In this document: one piece after another, positions 18,895-30,951 of the stretch
Layout of the letters: the number at the start of each line of letters is the position of its first letter
Numbering within the stretch: position 1 is the stretch's first letter
Source of the DNA: Acidilobaceae archaeon
GTDB taxonomy: Archaea; Thermoproteota; Thermoprotei_A; Sulfolobales; Acidilobaceae
Length of the DNA: 64,000 nucleotides
NCBI GenBank assembly: GCA_038824665.1
Contig: JAWBBK010000005.1
Span: forward strand, 32,001 to 96,000
Direction of reading: 5' to 3'
Notes under the pieces: model-generated
What the model saw: the letters and a program-made list of their open reading frames with translations, nothing else
Told to the model about the DNA's origin: nothing
Database searches by the model: none
Program-made: the position numbers and the translations under genes

Positions 18895-19070
18895 CTAAGC
18901 CACCGCTTTCCGCTTTTTCTAATTGAGCTTATAATAAGACCTGTTGTCTGCTTAAAGACGAGGCTATAGACAAAAGGTGATCGCGTTGCTTAGAAAAACC
19001 GTTTCCGTAACTCTCTTAAGCTGTGGGCTACTGGTGGGCTTTCTTAGCGTCGCTAAAGCGGGTGCGCGAC

Positions 19071-20300
19071 TTGACTCTGACTTACAACATATTGAGTAAA
19101 AAAGCTGGAAGAAGCGTGTCACCGGGAGAAGTAGTAGACGTAGCTGTAGACGTGATCGCATTTCACGACCTAACAGGTCATCACGTCATAGAGGTCTTAG
19201 AGAAAGCAGGAGTCAAAAGGCTTTGTGGACTCGATAAGCTTGTAGTCGTTTTCGACCATCTAGTTCCGCCTCCTGACGTTAGAAGCGCTGAACTACAGAA
19301 AAGGATCAGAGAGTTTGTAAGAAAACACTCTGTTGAGAAGTTCCACGATTATGGCTATGGCATAATGCATCAAGTAATTCTTGAAGAAGTAGTTCTTCCA
19401 GGTCAAGTAGTAGTCGGCGCTGACAGTCATACTTGTACTGCTGGAGCTCTGGGAGCTTTCGCTCAAGGACTAGGAGCTAGCGACGTAGCTCTAGCCTTAG
19501 CGAGAGGTAGAGTCTGGTTAACCGTTCCAGAAGCTGTTGCGTTCAAGCTTTCAGGACAGCTTAAAGAGTTCGTTACAGGAAAAGAGGTTGCGCTCGAGAT
19601 GATAAGAAGATTTGGTTTAAACTTCTTCAACAGAAGATCAGTAGAGGTCTTTGTTGAAGAGCCTAACGCTATGCCTATAGATTATAGAGCTACGCTAGCT
19701 AACATGGGTATCGAAATGAACGCTGATGCTCTAATAGTGGTTCCCGACGCTCTAACGCTCTCGTTTATAGAGAAAACACGAGGATGGACTCCACCTCTTC
19801 CAGAGTTCTCACTAGATGGGTATTCTGAAAAAGTCGAAATCGAGCTGTCTAAAGTGGAGTTTCTAATAGCGGCGCCACCGACTATAGACAACGTGAAAAA
19901 CGTTGAAGAAGTTGAAGGACTAGAAGTAGATTACGTTTTCTTAGGCTCATGTACTAATGGAAGGCTGAGCGACTTAGAGATAGCCGCGAGACTGCTAAAA
20001 GGGAAGAAAGTTAAAACTAGGTGTATCGTCATACCGGCCTCTAAGAGGATATTCCTAGAGGCTCTGAGAAAAGGCTACATAGAGGTTCTTACAGAAGCTG
20101 GTTGTATAGTTACTCATAGCACTTGTGGTCCCTGTCTAGGCGGACATTTCGGTATAGCTGGACCGAAAGAAGTAGTGGTCTCAACATCAAATAGAAACTT
20201 CACAGGAAGAATGGGTAGTCCTGAAGCAAAAGTCTATGTAGCTGGACCTGCTGTAGCTGCAGTCTCGGCAGCAGAAGGCAGGATCTCAAGCCCTAGGTGA
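19071..20300 (+). CDS. leuC: 3-isopropylmalate/citramalate isomerase large subunit
   Basis: FDH, GADSHT, GSCTNGR, CGPCLG, STSNRNF.GRMG; start set at TTG after GGGTG. Confidence 0.93.
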   Translation: MTLTYNILSKKAGRSVSPGEVVDVAVDVIAFHDLTGHHVIEVLEKAGVKRLCGLDKLVVVFDHLVPPPDVRSAELQKRIREFVRKHSVEKFHDYGYGIMHQVILEEVVLPGQVVVGADSHTCTAGALGAFAQGLGASDVALALARGRVWLTVPEAVAFKLSGQLKEFVTGKEVALEMIRRFGLNFFNRRSVEVFVEEPNAMPIDYRATLANMGIEMNADALIVVPDALTLSFIEKTRGWTPPLPEFSLDGYSEKVEIELSKVEFLIAAPPTIDNVKNVEEVEGLEVDYVFLGSCTNGRLSDLEIAARLLKGKKVKTRCIVIPASKRIFLEALRKGYIEVLTEAGCIVTHSTCGPCLGGHFGIAGPKEVVVSTSNRNFTGRMGSPEAKVYVAGPAVAAVSAAEGRISSPR

Positions 20301-20306
20301 TCACAC

Positions 20307-20822
20307 ATGATCGTAACTGGAAAAGTCGTAAGAGTAGGCGATAACATCGATACTGATTTAATCATACCGGCAAAGCATCTGAAGTACACAGACCCTAGCT
20401 ATCTAGCTGAACACGTGTTTGAAGCTATGGGTGAAGACTTTAGGAAAAAGCTAAAAGGAGCAGTGATCGTAGCTGGAAGAGCTTTCGGAATAGGCTCTTC
20501 TAGAGAACAAGCAGCGATAGCTCTCAAGGCTGCAGGAGTAGTAGCTGTGCTTGCTGAGTCCTTCTCAAGGATATTTTATAGAAACGCCATAAATAACGGT
20601 CTTCCTGTTCTTGAGTGCGACCCACGAACGTTAAGTCTTCTCCAAGAGGGCAACGAAGTCTCTATAGATATCGAAAAAGGCATCGCTAGCTCAGCTGAGA
20701 TAGTTGTGATGTGTAAACCTATAAGGGGACTGGTTTTAGACATATTGAGAAAAGGAGGACTGATAAGCTATCTGAAAGAGCTATCTACTGAAGAGGAGAA
20801 CGCTCGGAGTTGTCTAGCTTAA
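20307..20822 (+). CDS. leuD: 3-isopropylmalate isomerase small subunit
   Basis: [29 protein letters not shown]. Confidence 0.94.
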   Translation: MIVTGKVVRVGDNIDTDLIIPAKHLKYTDPSYLAEHVFEAMGEDFRKKLKGAVIVAGRAFGIGSSREQAAIALKAAGVVAVLAESFSRIFYRNAINNGLPVLECDPRTLSLLQEGNEVSIDIEKGIASSAEIVVMCKPIRGLVLDILRKGGLISYLKELSTEEENARSCLA

Positions 20823-22493
20823 AACCGCTCCTCTGCTTGCTGAAGCAGCTTGTTTAGAATATCTGTAAAGAATTCCTCTAAGCTTTCGCTGAGGCGGTTT
20901 CCAAGTCTCTCTTCTCTTTTTCATCTCCTCCTCGTCTACATATACCTCAAGCTTCTTCTTCTCAAGATCTATCTCTATCATATCCCCATCCTCTACGAAA
21001 GCTATAGGACCTCCTTCTGCTGCCTCAGGCGATACATGCCCAACAGCTATTCCTCTAGTAGCGCCCGAAAACCTGCCGTCAGTAACTAAGGCTACATCAG
21101 TATCAAGCCCCATGCCTACAAGCGTTGCTGTCACCATCAACATCTCCCTCATTCCAGGACCTCCTTTAGGTCCCTCATATCTTATTACTACTACGTCTCC
21201 TCTCTCGATCTTACCCTCAGCGATAGCTCTAGAGGCTTCTTCTTCTGAGTTGAAGACCTTAGCTGAACCTTTGAACCTCTTAAGACCAGGTCGTATAGCT
21301 GAGATCTTGACTAGAGCCCCTTCAGGAGCTAGATTGCCTTTGAGAACTACTATAGCGCCTCTTGGGCTTATAGGGTCTTCTACAGGTCTGATCACATCTC
21401 TTCGTGTAATCGTTGCCGCTTTCACTATATCTCTAACTGTGTTCAGAGATACCGTTATCCTTTCTAGATGAATCAAATTGAGCTTACTTAGCTCTTTCAT
21501 AACAGCAGGCACTCCGCCTGCTTCATGAAGGTCTTCAAGATAATGAACACCGTTAGGACTTATAGTAGCCAATATAGGCGTTCTTTCAGATACTTCATCG
21601 AAATCGTCTAGACTTAAGTCTACGCCAGCTTCTTTAGCTATAGACATTAAGTGTAATACTGCGTTAGTCGAGCCTCCTAGAGCTGCATCAACAGCTATAG
21701 CGTCAAGAAACGCCTCTCTCGTTAGTATAGAGCTAGGTCTTAGGTCTCTTTCGACTAACTTTACAACTAACATTCCAGCCTTTTTAGCTAATCTTAGTCT
21801 AGCCGCGTCTACAGCTGGGATCGTACCGTTACCTGGTAATGCTATGCCTAACGCTTCGCTCAGAACTCCCATAGTGTTAGCCGTATAGAGTCCAGCACAA
21901 GAACCTACTCCTGGACAAGCGCTTTCTTCTAAAACTTTGAGGTCTTCTAAACTCGTTCTGCCAGCTCTCACAGCTCCTACAGCTTCGAATACGGTCTTAA
22001 TGTCAGCTCTTCCTCCTTTAAACCTTCCGGTAAGCATAGGACCTCCGTTCACTAATATCGCAGGTATGTCGAGACGTGCCATAGCCATCATCATGCCAGG
22101 CGTTATCTTATCGCAAGACCCTATCAGCACAAGACCGTCCAATCTGTAAGCTTCTACCATGACTTCTATAGAGTCCGCTATCACTTCTCTTGAGGGCAAC
22201 GAGTATTTCATTCCTTCGTGACCCATAGCTATCCCATCGCAGAGTCCTATCGTATTGAACTCTAAGGGAGTGCCTCCCGCTATTCTTATCCCGGCTTTCA
22301 CGGCTTCCGCTAGCTCTCTGAGGTGTTTATGTCCTGGCACTAGCTCGTTCCATGAGTTAGCGATCCCTATTAAAGGTCTCGAGAGTTCTTCCTCAGTCAT
22401 CCCTAAAGCCTTGAATAGAGTTCTATGCGGAGCTCTCTCTAGTCCTTCGACTACTTCTCTGCTTCTAAAACGACGATCAGCCATAGACCTCAC
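20814..22493 (-). CDS. ilvD: Dihydroxy-acid dehydratase
   Basis: [41 protein letters not shown]. Confidence 0.97.
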   Translation of the reverse strand: MRSMADRRFRSREVVEGLERAPHRTLFKALGMTEEELSRPLIGIANSWNELVPGHKHLRELAEAVKAGIRIAGGTPLEFNTIGLCDGIAMGHEGMKYSLPSREVIADSIEVMVEAYRLDGLVLIGSCDKITPGMMMAMARLDIPAILVNGGPMLTGRFKGGRADIKTVFEAVGAVRAGRTSLEDLKVLEESACPGVGSCAGLYTANTMGVLSEALGIALPGNGTIPAVDAARLRLAKKAGMLVVKLVERDLRPSSILTREAFLDAIAVDAALGGSTNAVLHLMSIAKEAGVDLSLDDFDEVSERTPILATISPNGVHYLEDLHEAGGVPAVMKELSKLNLIHLERITVSLNTVRDIVKAATITRRDVIRPVEDPISPRGAIVVLKGNLAPEGALVKISAIRPGLKRFKGSAKVFNSEEEASRAIAEGKIERGDVVVIRYEGPKGGPGMREMLMVTATLVGMGLDTDVALVTDGRFSGATRGIAVGHVSPEAAEGGPIAFVEDGDMIEIDLEKKKLEVYVDEEEMKKRRETWKPPQRKLRGILYRYSKQAASASRGAVLS

Positions 22494-24018
22494 CTACGAC
22501 CTCTCCGTCAACACATAACTTCGTTTTATCTCGTTCAAACATCTCATAAACAACAGCGTCTTCAACAGCTTTGAGCAAAGCTTCAAACAAGTCTCGAGAG
22601 ACTCTCTGAAATGTGCCGTTGTTTGTAACGACCGTTACTCTATAAGAGTCTTTTATTTTTCTCACTGAGACCTCTTTAATCTTTACAGAGGAATTGAAGT
22701 CTTCCAATCTTGAGCTGATGGCATCTACGATAGTTTCAAAGAAGTCTAGCTCTCCTTGCTTGCTTACGGCTTTGATCGCGTTTTGTACTATAGCTAAGCG
22801 TTCATTAAACGTAAGGAGCTGAGGTCTTCTACAGTACTCCTCTAAAACCAACAGAGAGACCATAGTCTGAGCTTCGCTGAAGCTGTAGCCTTCTGTTTCC
22901 ATCTTCTTAATCTTTAGCAAAACGTTTTTGACTCTGCTATCAGCTTTGCTTAACTCTTTCCCTAAAAGCTGAGACGCCATAAAGGCTATCGCTGAAGAGC
23001 CTGAAAGGTGAGTTATCTCGAAAGACCTAGTAGAGCCTACGAGTTCAGGATCTACGTGTTCGTAAGCTCTCGGACTCTTCAACACAGCATCTATATGTGT
23101 GCCTGCTTTGTGTCTAAAAGCGTGCTCTCCTACATAGGGTTGTCTAGGGTCTGGCTTTAGTCCTGAAATTTCATACACAAATCTAGAGACTTCCTTAAGT
23201 CTTCTTAAACCGTTTTCGTTCTTCAAAACCTTGAACCCTAGCTTAAAAGCTATCCCAGGTATGACTTGAACCAAGTCAGCGTTTCCTGTCCTCTCGCCGA
23301 GACCGTTGATAGTGCCCTGAACGTGTCTCGCTCCTGCTCTTACAGCTTCAAGTGTGTTTGCAACAGCACAACCGCAGTCGTCGTGCATATGAGCTCCTAC
23401 TTTAACCTTAGACCCGAACTCTTTCACCACTCTTTTAGTTATCTTGTACACACCTTCAGGCAACATGCCGCCGTTTGTATCGCAAAGCACCAAAGTGTCG
23501 GCTCCTGCTTCCATAGCCGCTTTTAAGACTTCCAAAGCATAACCTCGATTCTCTAGATAGCCCTGGTAGAAGTGTTCAGCATCGAAGATAACTCTAAGCC
23601 CATGTGAACGTAGATAAGAAACCGAGTCGTAAATCATGTTGATGTTTTCTTCAAGACTTGTCTTAAGAACGTTCACTACATGAAGGTCCCAAGCTTTTCC
23701 ATAGACTACCGCAACCTCTACTCCAGAATCTAAGACCGCGTTGAGTCCCTCATCGGTTTCTGCTTTAGTTTTAGGTCTTCTAGTTGCAGTAAAAGCCGCT
23801 AGCTTAGACCTAGTTAAACTGTAACTCCTCATCACCTTAAAGAACTCCATGTCTTTTGGACTAGCTCCAGGATATCCTCCTTCAATTAAGTCTACCCCGA
23901 ACTCTTCTAAGAGTAAAGCGATCTTGACCTTGTCCTCGACTGTAAAGGATATGCCAGGAGTTTGTTCTCCGTCTCTTAAAGTAGTGTCCAGGACTTCAAC
24001 GGATTTCTAGACCACCAC
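22477..24018 (-). CDS. cimA: Citramalate synthase (CimA type) with in-frame TAG near the start (24007-24009)
   Basis: Frame extends to [15 protein letters not shown]; [39 protein letters not shown]. Confidence 0.85.
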
Positions 24019-24094
24019 GCACCTCTGGCCCCCTCTGAACTCACTTGTTCCGAGAGCTAGCCTTCTTAGAACTTCAGAGCTTAAATGCGTTACG

Positions 24095-24814
24095 CTAGGG
24101 CTTCGTTAGAGTCTCAGAAAGCCTCGTCCAACCACAACTTTCGAGAAGCGTTATCGTAATGTCTACAGCGTTAACCAACAGCTCTGTTGAAACTCCGGGA
24201 ACTCCTGCTCCTATGATCAATACTCTCACAGTAGATTCATCAACAGCAGTCTTAACGCTGTCACGATGGGGATAAAGATGCATAACTGTGTTCGAGCTGT
24301 CTACAAGAATAGGAACACCTGGCGGCAAGAGTTCTGAAAAGCCTCCTATAGACTCAAACACTTCGCCACCACGACTCAATTTGAAAGTTAAAGGTAACGT
24401 TGCTTTATCTAAATCGTAAATTCCTATTGGAACCAAGGTCTTAGCTGATGCAACATTTCCCGCATCGACTACGGTGTTTACTCTAGGAAACCTTTTGTTT
24501 TTCAAAACCCTTCTCACAAGAGCTTCGCTAGAAGGTCTCACTTTAGTCGGGTCTATTCCAAGTCTCCAATAAAAGCTTCTGTAAGCCTTAATAACTGTAT
24601 TGTCTTTAAGGCTTTCAAGATCGTATGTGTTCATTATTTGTTCAACAAGCTTTTCTATCTCTTCATCGAGACACCTGCTGGAGCCGCTTTTTGAACTCTT
24701 CATGGCGATCGCGTAAGCTATCCGAACGCCTATCTCAACTACTCCTTCATCTAGCTTAATTAAAGACCTAGCGTCGATCTTTTCGCCATATGGGAAAGAG
24801 CTACTGTCTGTCAA
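24095..24814 (-). CDS. Stand-alone B3/B4 (PheT editing-like) domain protein
   Basis: AYRSFYWRLGIDPTKVRPSSEALVRR, VNTVVDAGN, PIGIYDLD. Confidence 0.9.
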   Translation of the reverse strand: MTDSSSFPYGEKIDARSLIKLDEGVVEIGVRIAYAIAMKSSKSGSSRCLDEEIEKLVEQIMNTYDLESLKDNTVIKAYRSFYWRLGIDPTKVRPSSEALVRRVLKNKRFPRVNTVVDAGNVASAKTLVPIGIYDLDKATLPLTFKLSRGGEVFESIGGFSELLPPGVPILVDSSNTVMHLYPHRDSVKTAVDESTVRVLIIGAGVPGVSTELLVNAVDITITLLESCGWTRLSETLTKP

Positions 24815-24920
24815 GGTTGATCAGCGCTTCTTCGCTGTTGCTCGAGTTCTTTATCTTCTCTTTATCTTCTATGATATGTGTTTATTGTAGACTTAGGCTT
24901 TTAAAAATGTTAAGAGGTCT

Positions 24921-25907
<987 letters not shown>

Positions 25908-25943
25908 TTACACCATAAACCCTCTAACCGATAGCTCGAAGCC

Positions 25944-26234
25944 TTATAACTTTGATAAAATGTTTTCCGTTTTACACTCTACTACGGTCTCGCCTAGCAC
26001 TTCAAAGCTTTCTATTCCTACTAGCTTGCTGAGATTGAGAAGAGATATGTTCAGATTAGGATTGTCTCTAAGACCTAAATAGACCTCGTAGAGTCCGCTT
26101 ACTTCATCAAGTCTTCTTCCGTAGATCCACTCTATGTCTACTAAAAGCTTTCGGAAATTGGCTATGATTACTTCTAAAAAGCTCGCATCTCTATAATATC
26201 CGAGAACCTTCACTATCCTGATCACGTTGCTCAT
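25944..26234 (-). CDS. ACT-like acetolactate synthase regulatory subunit (crenarchaeal type)
   Basis: Small ORF between ilvB and ilvC; YYRD..FLE.IIANFRKLLVDI pattern. Confidence 0.65.
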   Translation of the reverse strand: MSNVIRIVKVLGYYRDASFLEVIIANFRKLLVDIEWIYGRRLDEVSGLYEVYLGLRDNPNLNISLLNLSKLVGIESFEVLGETVVECKTENILSKL

Positions 26235-26239
26235 TTAGC

Positions 26240-27952
26240 TCACCTAGGCGCAGAAACTATCATTCGCTTAAGACTTCCTCCTGGAGGTAACGTCGGTAAA
26301 GCCAGCTCTTCCGTCGGTATCGGAACTCTGATCACAGACGTGTTACCCGTTCTCAAAGACTTGGCTAGAGCTGTCTCTAGCTCCTCATAGCTTCTAGCGT
26401 CATAACCGTCAGCTCCGAAAGCTTCAGCAAGCTTCACGAAATCTGTGAGATAGCCTAAGTCGACAGCGATAAACCTCTTCCCTAAGAAGAGATCTTGGAC
26501 TTGACGGACTAGACCGAGGCTTCTGTTATCGAAAACCACCACTATAACTGGTAGGTTCTCTTCTACAGCTACAGCTAGATTTGTAGCTGTCATTAAAAGA
26601 GAGCCGTCGCCGTCTAGGTCTACTACTACTCTTTCAGGCTTAGCCGCTTTGGCACCTATCGCAGCTGGTAGTCCGAATCCCATAGTTCCCATGCCTCCTG
26701 AAGTCACAAAAGTCCCAGGCTCAAGGACGTCCCAGAACACCTCAGCCCACATCTGATGTTGACCTACTCCAGTCGTAATTATAGAACTCGGAGGTATGCT
26801 TTTTCTTATCGTTTTCATGACCTTCCAAGGCTTAAGTCCGCGACCTTCTTCTCGATAGTATATCTTTGAGTACTCTTCCCTTAACTCGAACACTCTTTTA
26901 ATCCATGTCTCATGTTTAGGTTTGTAGTCTGAAGATATTTGAGCTGAAATCGCTTCGAGAAGCGATGAGAGAGCTCTCTTAGCATCAGCCGTTATCGCAA
27001 CTTCTGGAGGTAATGGAAGCTTCTTGTGTTCTGTTGGGTCTCTGTTTATAAAGATTATCTTCTTGTCCTTCAGGTCTGACGCGTTAGGTAGGGTTCTATC
27101 GCTTATTCTAGCTCCTACCGCTATGACGACATCAGACTCAATAAAAGCCTCATTGGCCTCAGCTCTTCCGTAATACCCCATTACTCCTAGGTATAACGGA
27201 TGGTTGTGAGGTATAGCTGACTTGCCTAGTAGCGTAGACACCATAGGTATCCACAGCTTCTCAGAAAGCGTAAGGAGTTCGTCAGTAGCCCGAGACCAGA
27301 CAACACCGGCTCCAGCTAAGATCAAAGGCTTCTCTGCTTCAAACAGTAATCTGGTTGCTTTCTTTATCTCAAGCGGATCTATGACATCGATAAAGTCTCT
27401 GTAGCCAGGAACTATAGGTTCTTCTGGATACTTTACTTCGTCTACATCTTCTGTGAGGACGTCTCGCGGGACATCGATTACTACTGGCCCTTGTCTTCCG
27501 GTTGTCGCAATATAGAAAGAGTTTTTAATCCATAGAGGGATCTCCTCAGCTTTTCTTAATTGAACCACGAACTTGGCTGCGTCTTTGAATATGCCAATGA
27601 CGTCGGCTTCTTGAAAAGCCATCTTGCCTATAGAAGACTTAGGAACTTGTCCAGTTATCGCTATTAGGGGAGAGCTATCCCAATAAGCCGTAACTACGCC
27701 AGTCACTAGGTTCACAGCTCCAGGACCTGAGGTAGCTGTACAAACTCCAGGAAATCCAGAAACTCTTGAGTAAGCATCAGCAGCGTGAGCTGCTGCTTGT
27801 TCATGTCTTACTAGAATGCTTCTTATCTTTCCATTCTCTACATAGTCCAGCAAGGCATCATAAAACGCTAAATTCGATAAGCCGGGAACTCCAAAAATCA
27901 CTTTGACTCCTTCTCTAACGAGAGCCTCCGCTAAGAGTTTAGCTCCTTTCAT
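26240..27952 (-). CDS. ilvB: Acetolactate synthase large subunit
   Basis: RHEQAA, TSGPG, AFQE, VGQHQMW, GDGS...N TPP motif. Confidence 0.96.
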   Translation of the reverse strand: MKGAKLLAEALVREGVKVIFGVPGLSNLAFYDALLDYVENGKIRSILVRHEQAAAHAADAYSRVSGFPGVCTATSGPGAVNLVTGVVTAYWDSSPLIAITGQVPKSSIGKMAFQEADVIGIFKDAAKFVVQLRKAEEIPLWIKNSFYIATTGRQGPVVIDVPRDVLTEDVDEVKYPEEPIVPGYRDFIDVIDPLEIKKATRLLFEAEKPLILAGAGVVWSRATDELLTLSEKLWIPMVSTLLGKSAIPHNHPLYLGVMGYYGRAEANEAFIESDVVIAVGARISDRTLPNASDLKDKKIIFINRDPTEHKKLPLPPEVAITADAKRALSSLLEAISAQISSDYKPKHETWIKRVFELREEYSKIYYREEGRGLKPWKVMKTIRKSIPPSSIITTGVGQHQMWAEVFWDVLEPGTFVTSGGMGTMGFGLPAAIGAKAAKPERVVVDLDGDGSLLMTATNLAVAVEENLPVIVVVFDNRSLGLVRQVQDLFLGKRFIAVDLGYLTDFVKLAEAFGADGYDARSYEELETALAKSLRTGNTSVIRVPIPTEELALPTLPPGGSLKRMIVSAPR

Positions 27953-28174
27953 AAGCTTATCACCTTAGAGAACCTGAGACCTTCTTTTGACTTGGTCTTA
28001 ACTTTTGCTCTGAACCTGAGTTGTCTAAATGATAAGAAACTCATATTGAGGTGCTTATATTCAAAACCAAATATTGACACCGTAGTTCCAGGAGTTTAGT
28101 GAGAGACGCTTATAAGCGTTACTGAATATAGACTCACAGAGAAATTTTTTTAACCAGCAAACTGTGGGTTCGTA

Positions 28175-29392
28175 GTGGTGCTCCTGATTGTTGAAGCTAG
28201 GAGATTAGAGTTTTCCCAAGATTACGTCAGGATTTTAGACACAACTCTAAGAGACGGAGAGCAGATGCCAGGAATATCCTTAACTCCACAACAGAAGCTC
28301 GAGATAGCGTTAGCTTTAGAGGACGCAGGCGTAGACGCTATAGAGGCTGGCTACCCGGCTGTTAGCGAAGGCGAATTCAAAGCTGTCAGAGAGATCGCTC
28401 GAAACGTCTATAAGTCTGAGGTGATCGCTCTAGCCAGAGCCACAAAGAGTGACATAGATAAAGCTATAGAAGCAGAAGTTCCATCTGTACATCTCTTCAT
28501 AGCCACCTCAGAAATCCACATGAAGTACAAGCTAAAGATGAGTCCCGAAGAGGTCTTGGAGAAAGCTGTTTGGGCTGTAGACTACGCTAAGTCTCACGGC
28601 CTAACTGTAGAGTTCAGTGCTGAAGACTCTACCCGCTCGGACCCACGCTTTTTAGCGAAGGTGTTTCAAGCGGTAGTGGATACAGGAGCTTCGAGAATAG
28701 ATATAGCTGACACTGTAGGAGTAGCTACCCCCAGTAGCATGAAAAAACTGGTCGAGTATGTTTCAACAGAAGTCAAAGGAAGCTATATCATTAGCGTACA
28801 CTGTCACGACGATTTTGGAATGTCTGTAGCAAACAGTATATCGGCTGTAGAGGCTGGTGCTCGACAGGTTCACGTAACCGTATTAGGAGTAGGAGAGAGA
28901 GCAGGTAACGCTGCTCTTGAAGAAGTGGTAACGTCTCTAGAGTTTCTCTTAGGGTTTAAAACCAAAGTAAGGCTTAACGCTATACCTAAACTAGCGGAGC
29001 TAGTTTCTAAACACTACAAGCTAGTCATACCCCCAAACAAAGCTATAGTAGGAGCTAACGCGTTCGCTCACGAATCAGGCATCCATGTGCATGGAGTCTT
29101 AGTCAACCCTCTGACCTACGAGCCTCTTGATCCGTCGTTGCTTGGACTACAAAGGAAGATCGTAGTCGGCAAACACTCCGGTAGACACGCTATAGAACAT
29201 GTTCTCAAAAACTTAGGTATAGAGCCCAAGAAAGAAGTTGTTGATGCTGTTCTGCTAGAAGTAAAGAGATTCGGAGATATAGGTATAAGAGTCACCGATG
29301 ATGTCCTAATAGAAATAGTCAGAAAAGTAGTCAACGGACAAGGTGAAGTCTTTGAGGATAGCGGTGATCGAAGGAGATGGAATAGGACCTGA
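28175..29392 (+). CDS. leuA: 2-isopropylmalate synthase, short form without regulatory domain
   Basis: [34 protein letters not shown]. Confidence 0.88.
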   Translation: MVLLIVEARRLEFSQDYVRILDTTLRDGEQMPGISLTPQQKLEIALALEDAGVDAIEAGYPAVSEGEFKAVREIARNVYKSEVIALARATKSDIDKAIEAEVPSVHLFIATSEIHMKYKLKMSPEEVLEKAVWAVDYAKSHGLTVEFSAEDSTRSDPRFLAKVFQAVVDTGASRIDIADTVGVATPSSMKKLVEYVSTEVKGSYIISVHCHDDFGMSVANSISAVEAGARQVHVTVLGVGERAGNAALEEVVTSLEFLLGFKTKVRLNAIPKLAELVSKHYKLVIPPNKAIVGANAFAHESGIHVHGVLVNPLTYEPLDPSLLGLQRKIVVGKHSGRHAIEHVLKNLGIEPKKEVVDAVLLEVKRFGDIGIRVTDDVLIEIVRKVVNGQGEVFEDSGDRRRWNRT

Positions 29393-30410
29393 GGTCGTGA
29401 GAGCATCTATTCGTGTTTTAGCTGAAGCTGTAAGCCTTTGGGGTCTCCAAATCGAAGTAGTAACTGTAGAGGCTGGCGACTCTGCTCTAGCTAAATACGG
29501 AGACCCATTACCTCCTCAGTCAATGAAGGTTTTAGAAAAAGCCGACGTTATATTGAAAGGTCCTGTAGGCGAAAGCGCAGGTGACGTAGTAGTAAAGATA
29601 AGAAGAGGACTTGACCTCTACGCCAACATCAGACCGGCTAGATGTATCGTGAAGAACCTTTGTCTTAAAGATATAGACGTCTTAATAGTGAGAGAGAATA
29701 CCGAAGACGTATACGTTAGAGCCGAATACATGTTGCCAGACAACGTCGCTGTCGCTCTCAAAGTGATTAGTCGACACGCTAGTGAGAGAATAGCTAGAAC
29801 AGCTCTAGAGCTAGCTAGAACGAGGAGAAAACGCGTCACTATAGTTCACAAAGCCAACGTCCTTCCCATTACTGATGGTCTGTTTAGAAACGTAGCGAAA
29901 GAAGTGGCTAGAGCGTATCCCGAGGTCTCAGTAGACGAAGCCTACATAGACGCTGCTGTAATGGATTTAGTTAGAAGACCTGAGAGATTTGATGTAATAC
30001 TCACTACCAACCTTTACGGAGATATTCTCAGCGACCTAGCCGCTTACGTCAGCGGTAGCATCGGAATCACTCCTTCAGCTAACTTGGGAGACTCGAGAGC
30101 GATGTTTGAACCAGTACATGGAGCAGCTTTTGACATAGCCGGGAAAAACATAGCTAACCCTGCAGCTATGATCTTCTGTGTAGCTTGGAGTCTGAAATGG
30201 TTAGGAGAAAAGAGAAATGACGAAAAGCTAAGAGAAGCTGGACTCGCAATAGAACGTGCTGTCGAATCAGTGTTAATCGAAGGTAAAACCTTAACCCAAG
30301 ACCTTGGAGGCTCTTCGTCTACTCAAGACTTCGCTGAAGCTGTAGCTCGTAAAATAGTGGTGCGGGGGGTGGGATTTGAACCCACGCCGGCCTACGCCAA
30401 CGGGTCTTGA
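29343..30410 (+). CDS. leuB: 3-isopropylmalate dehydrogenase
   Basis: GDGIGPEV, VRENTE, HKANV, NLYGDILSD, FEPVHG. Confidence 0.92.
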   Translation: MKSLRIAVIEGDGIGPEVVRASIRVLAEAVSLWGLQIEVVTVEAGDSALAKYGDPLPPQSMKVLEKADVILKGPVGESAGDVVVKIRRGLDLYANIRPARCIVKNLCLKDIDVLIVRENTEDVYVRAEYMLPDNVAVALKVISRHASERIARTALELARTRRKRVTIVHKANVLPITDGLFRNVAKEVARAYPEVSVDEAYIDAAVMDLVRRPERFDVILTTNLYGDILSDLAAYVSGSIGITPSANLGDSRAMFEPVHGAAFDIAGKNIANPAAMIFCVAWSLKWLGEKRNDEKLREAGLAIERAVESVLIEGKTLTQDLGGSSSTQDFAEAVARKIVVRGVGFEPTPAYANGS

Positions 30411-30445
30411 GCCCGCCCCCTTCGACCTGGCTCGGGCACCCCCGC
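30358..30445 (-). tRNA. tRNA-Leu(CAA), CCA encoded
   Basis: Reverse complement GCGGGGGTGCCCGAGCCAGGTCGAAGGGGGCGGGCTCAAGACCCGT, long variable arm, GTGGGTTCAAATCCCACCCCCCGCACCA. Confidence 0.97.
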
Positions 30446-30640
30446 TTCAATTATAATCTCTAAGCTGAGCGTGCTTTAGTATTTTTAGATAAACGAAACC
30501 GTGCGGGTCGTTGTGGGCTTTTCGTCACTAAGCCCACGCAGTCAACGCCTAACTCATCCCCGCCAGCGCTATCATGTTTTAGCGAACGGCTAAAACTTTG
30601 TATAATTCTATATTGTCTATTATTCGAGGGTGCTACTGAA

Positions 30641-30928
30641 TTGACAATTAAAGACGAGAGTTCTGCAATAGAGGTCTCTAGACTTTTAGACAAAGTCAGA
30701 GAGCTGAATAAAGAAGAACGTGAAACGCTTAATTACTTTTTGGAGAACATATCTGTCGGTTCTATAAGAGCTGTCAAAGAGCTAAAGCTTTCAGGAAAAG
30801 TCAGAGACCCGATTAGCGCTATAAGAAAACTTGTAGCGATGGGATTCTTGGAAGACGCAGGCGAGTGCTATAACCTAGCTAAGCCTTTAAGAGAATACGT
30901 GCTTGTGAGAGGAAAGCTCAGAGTGTGA
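30641..30928 (+). CDS. Small winged-helix protein
   Basis: Helix-turn-helix pattern followed by wing (LVAMGFLEDAGECYNL). Confidence 0.6.
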   Translation: MTIKDESSAIEVSRLLDKVRELNKEERETLNYFLENISVGSIRAVKELKLSGKVRDPISAIRKLVAMGFLEDAGECYNLAKPLREYVLVRGKLRV

Positions 30929-30951
30929 AGATTCGAGGTTATACCTCTTCA

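Noticed and set aside
10409-24018. Genome-wide TAG recoding suggested by the phoU and cimA amber codons
   Set aside because: Conserved genes (rpl10, ilvD, potD) end properly at TAG and no pyl genes are seen; local lesions are more likely.
30523-30578. Possible third C/D sRNA on the minus strand (ATGATAG..ATGA..TTGACTG..GTGA)
   Set aside because: All four boxes deviate from consensus and no target was recognised; too weak to call.
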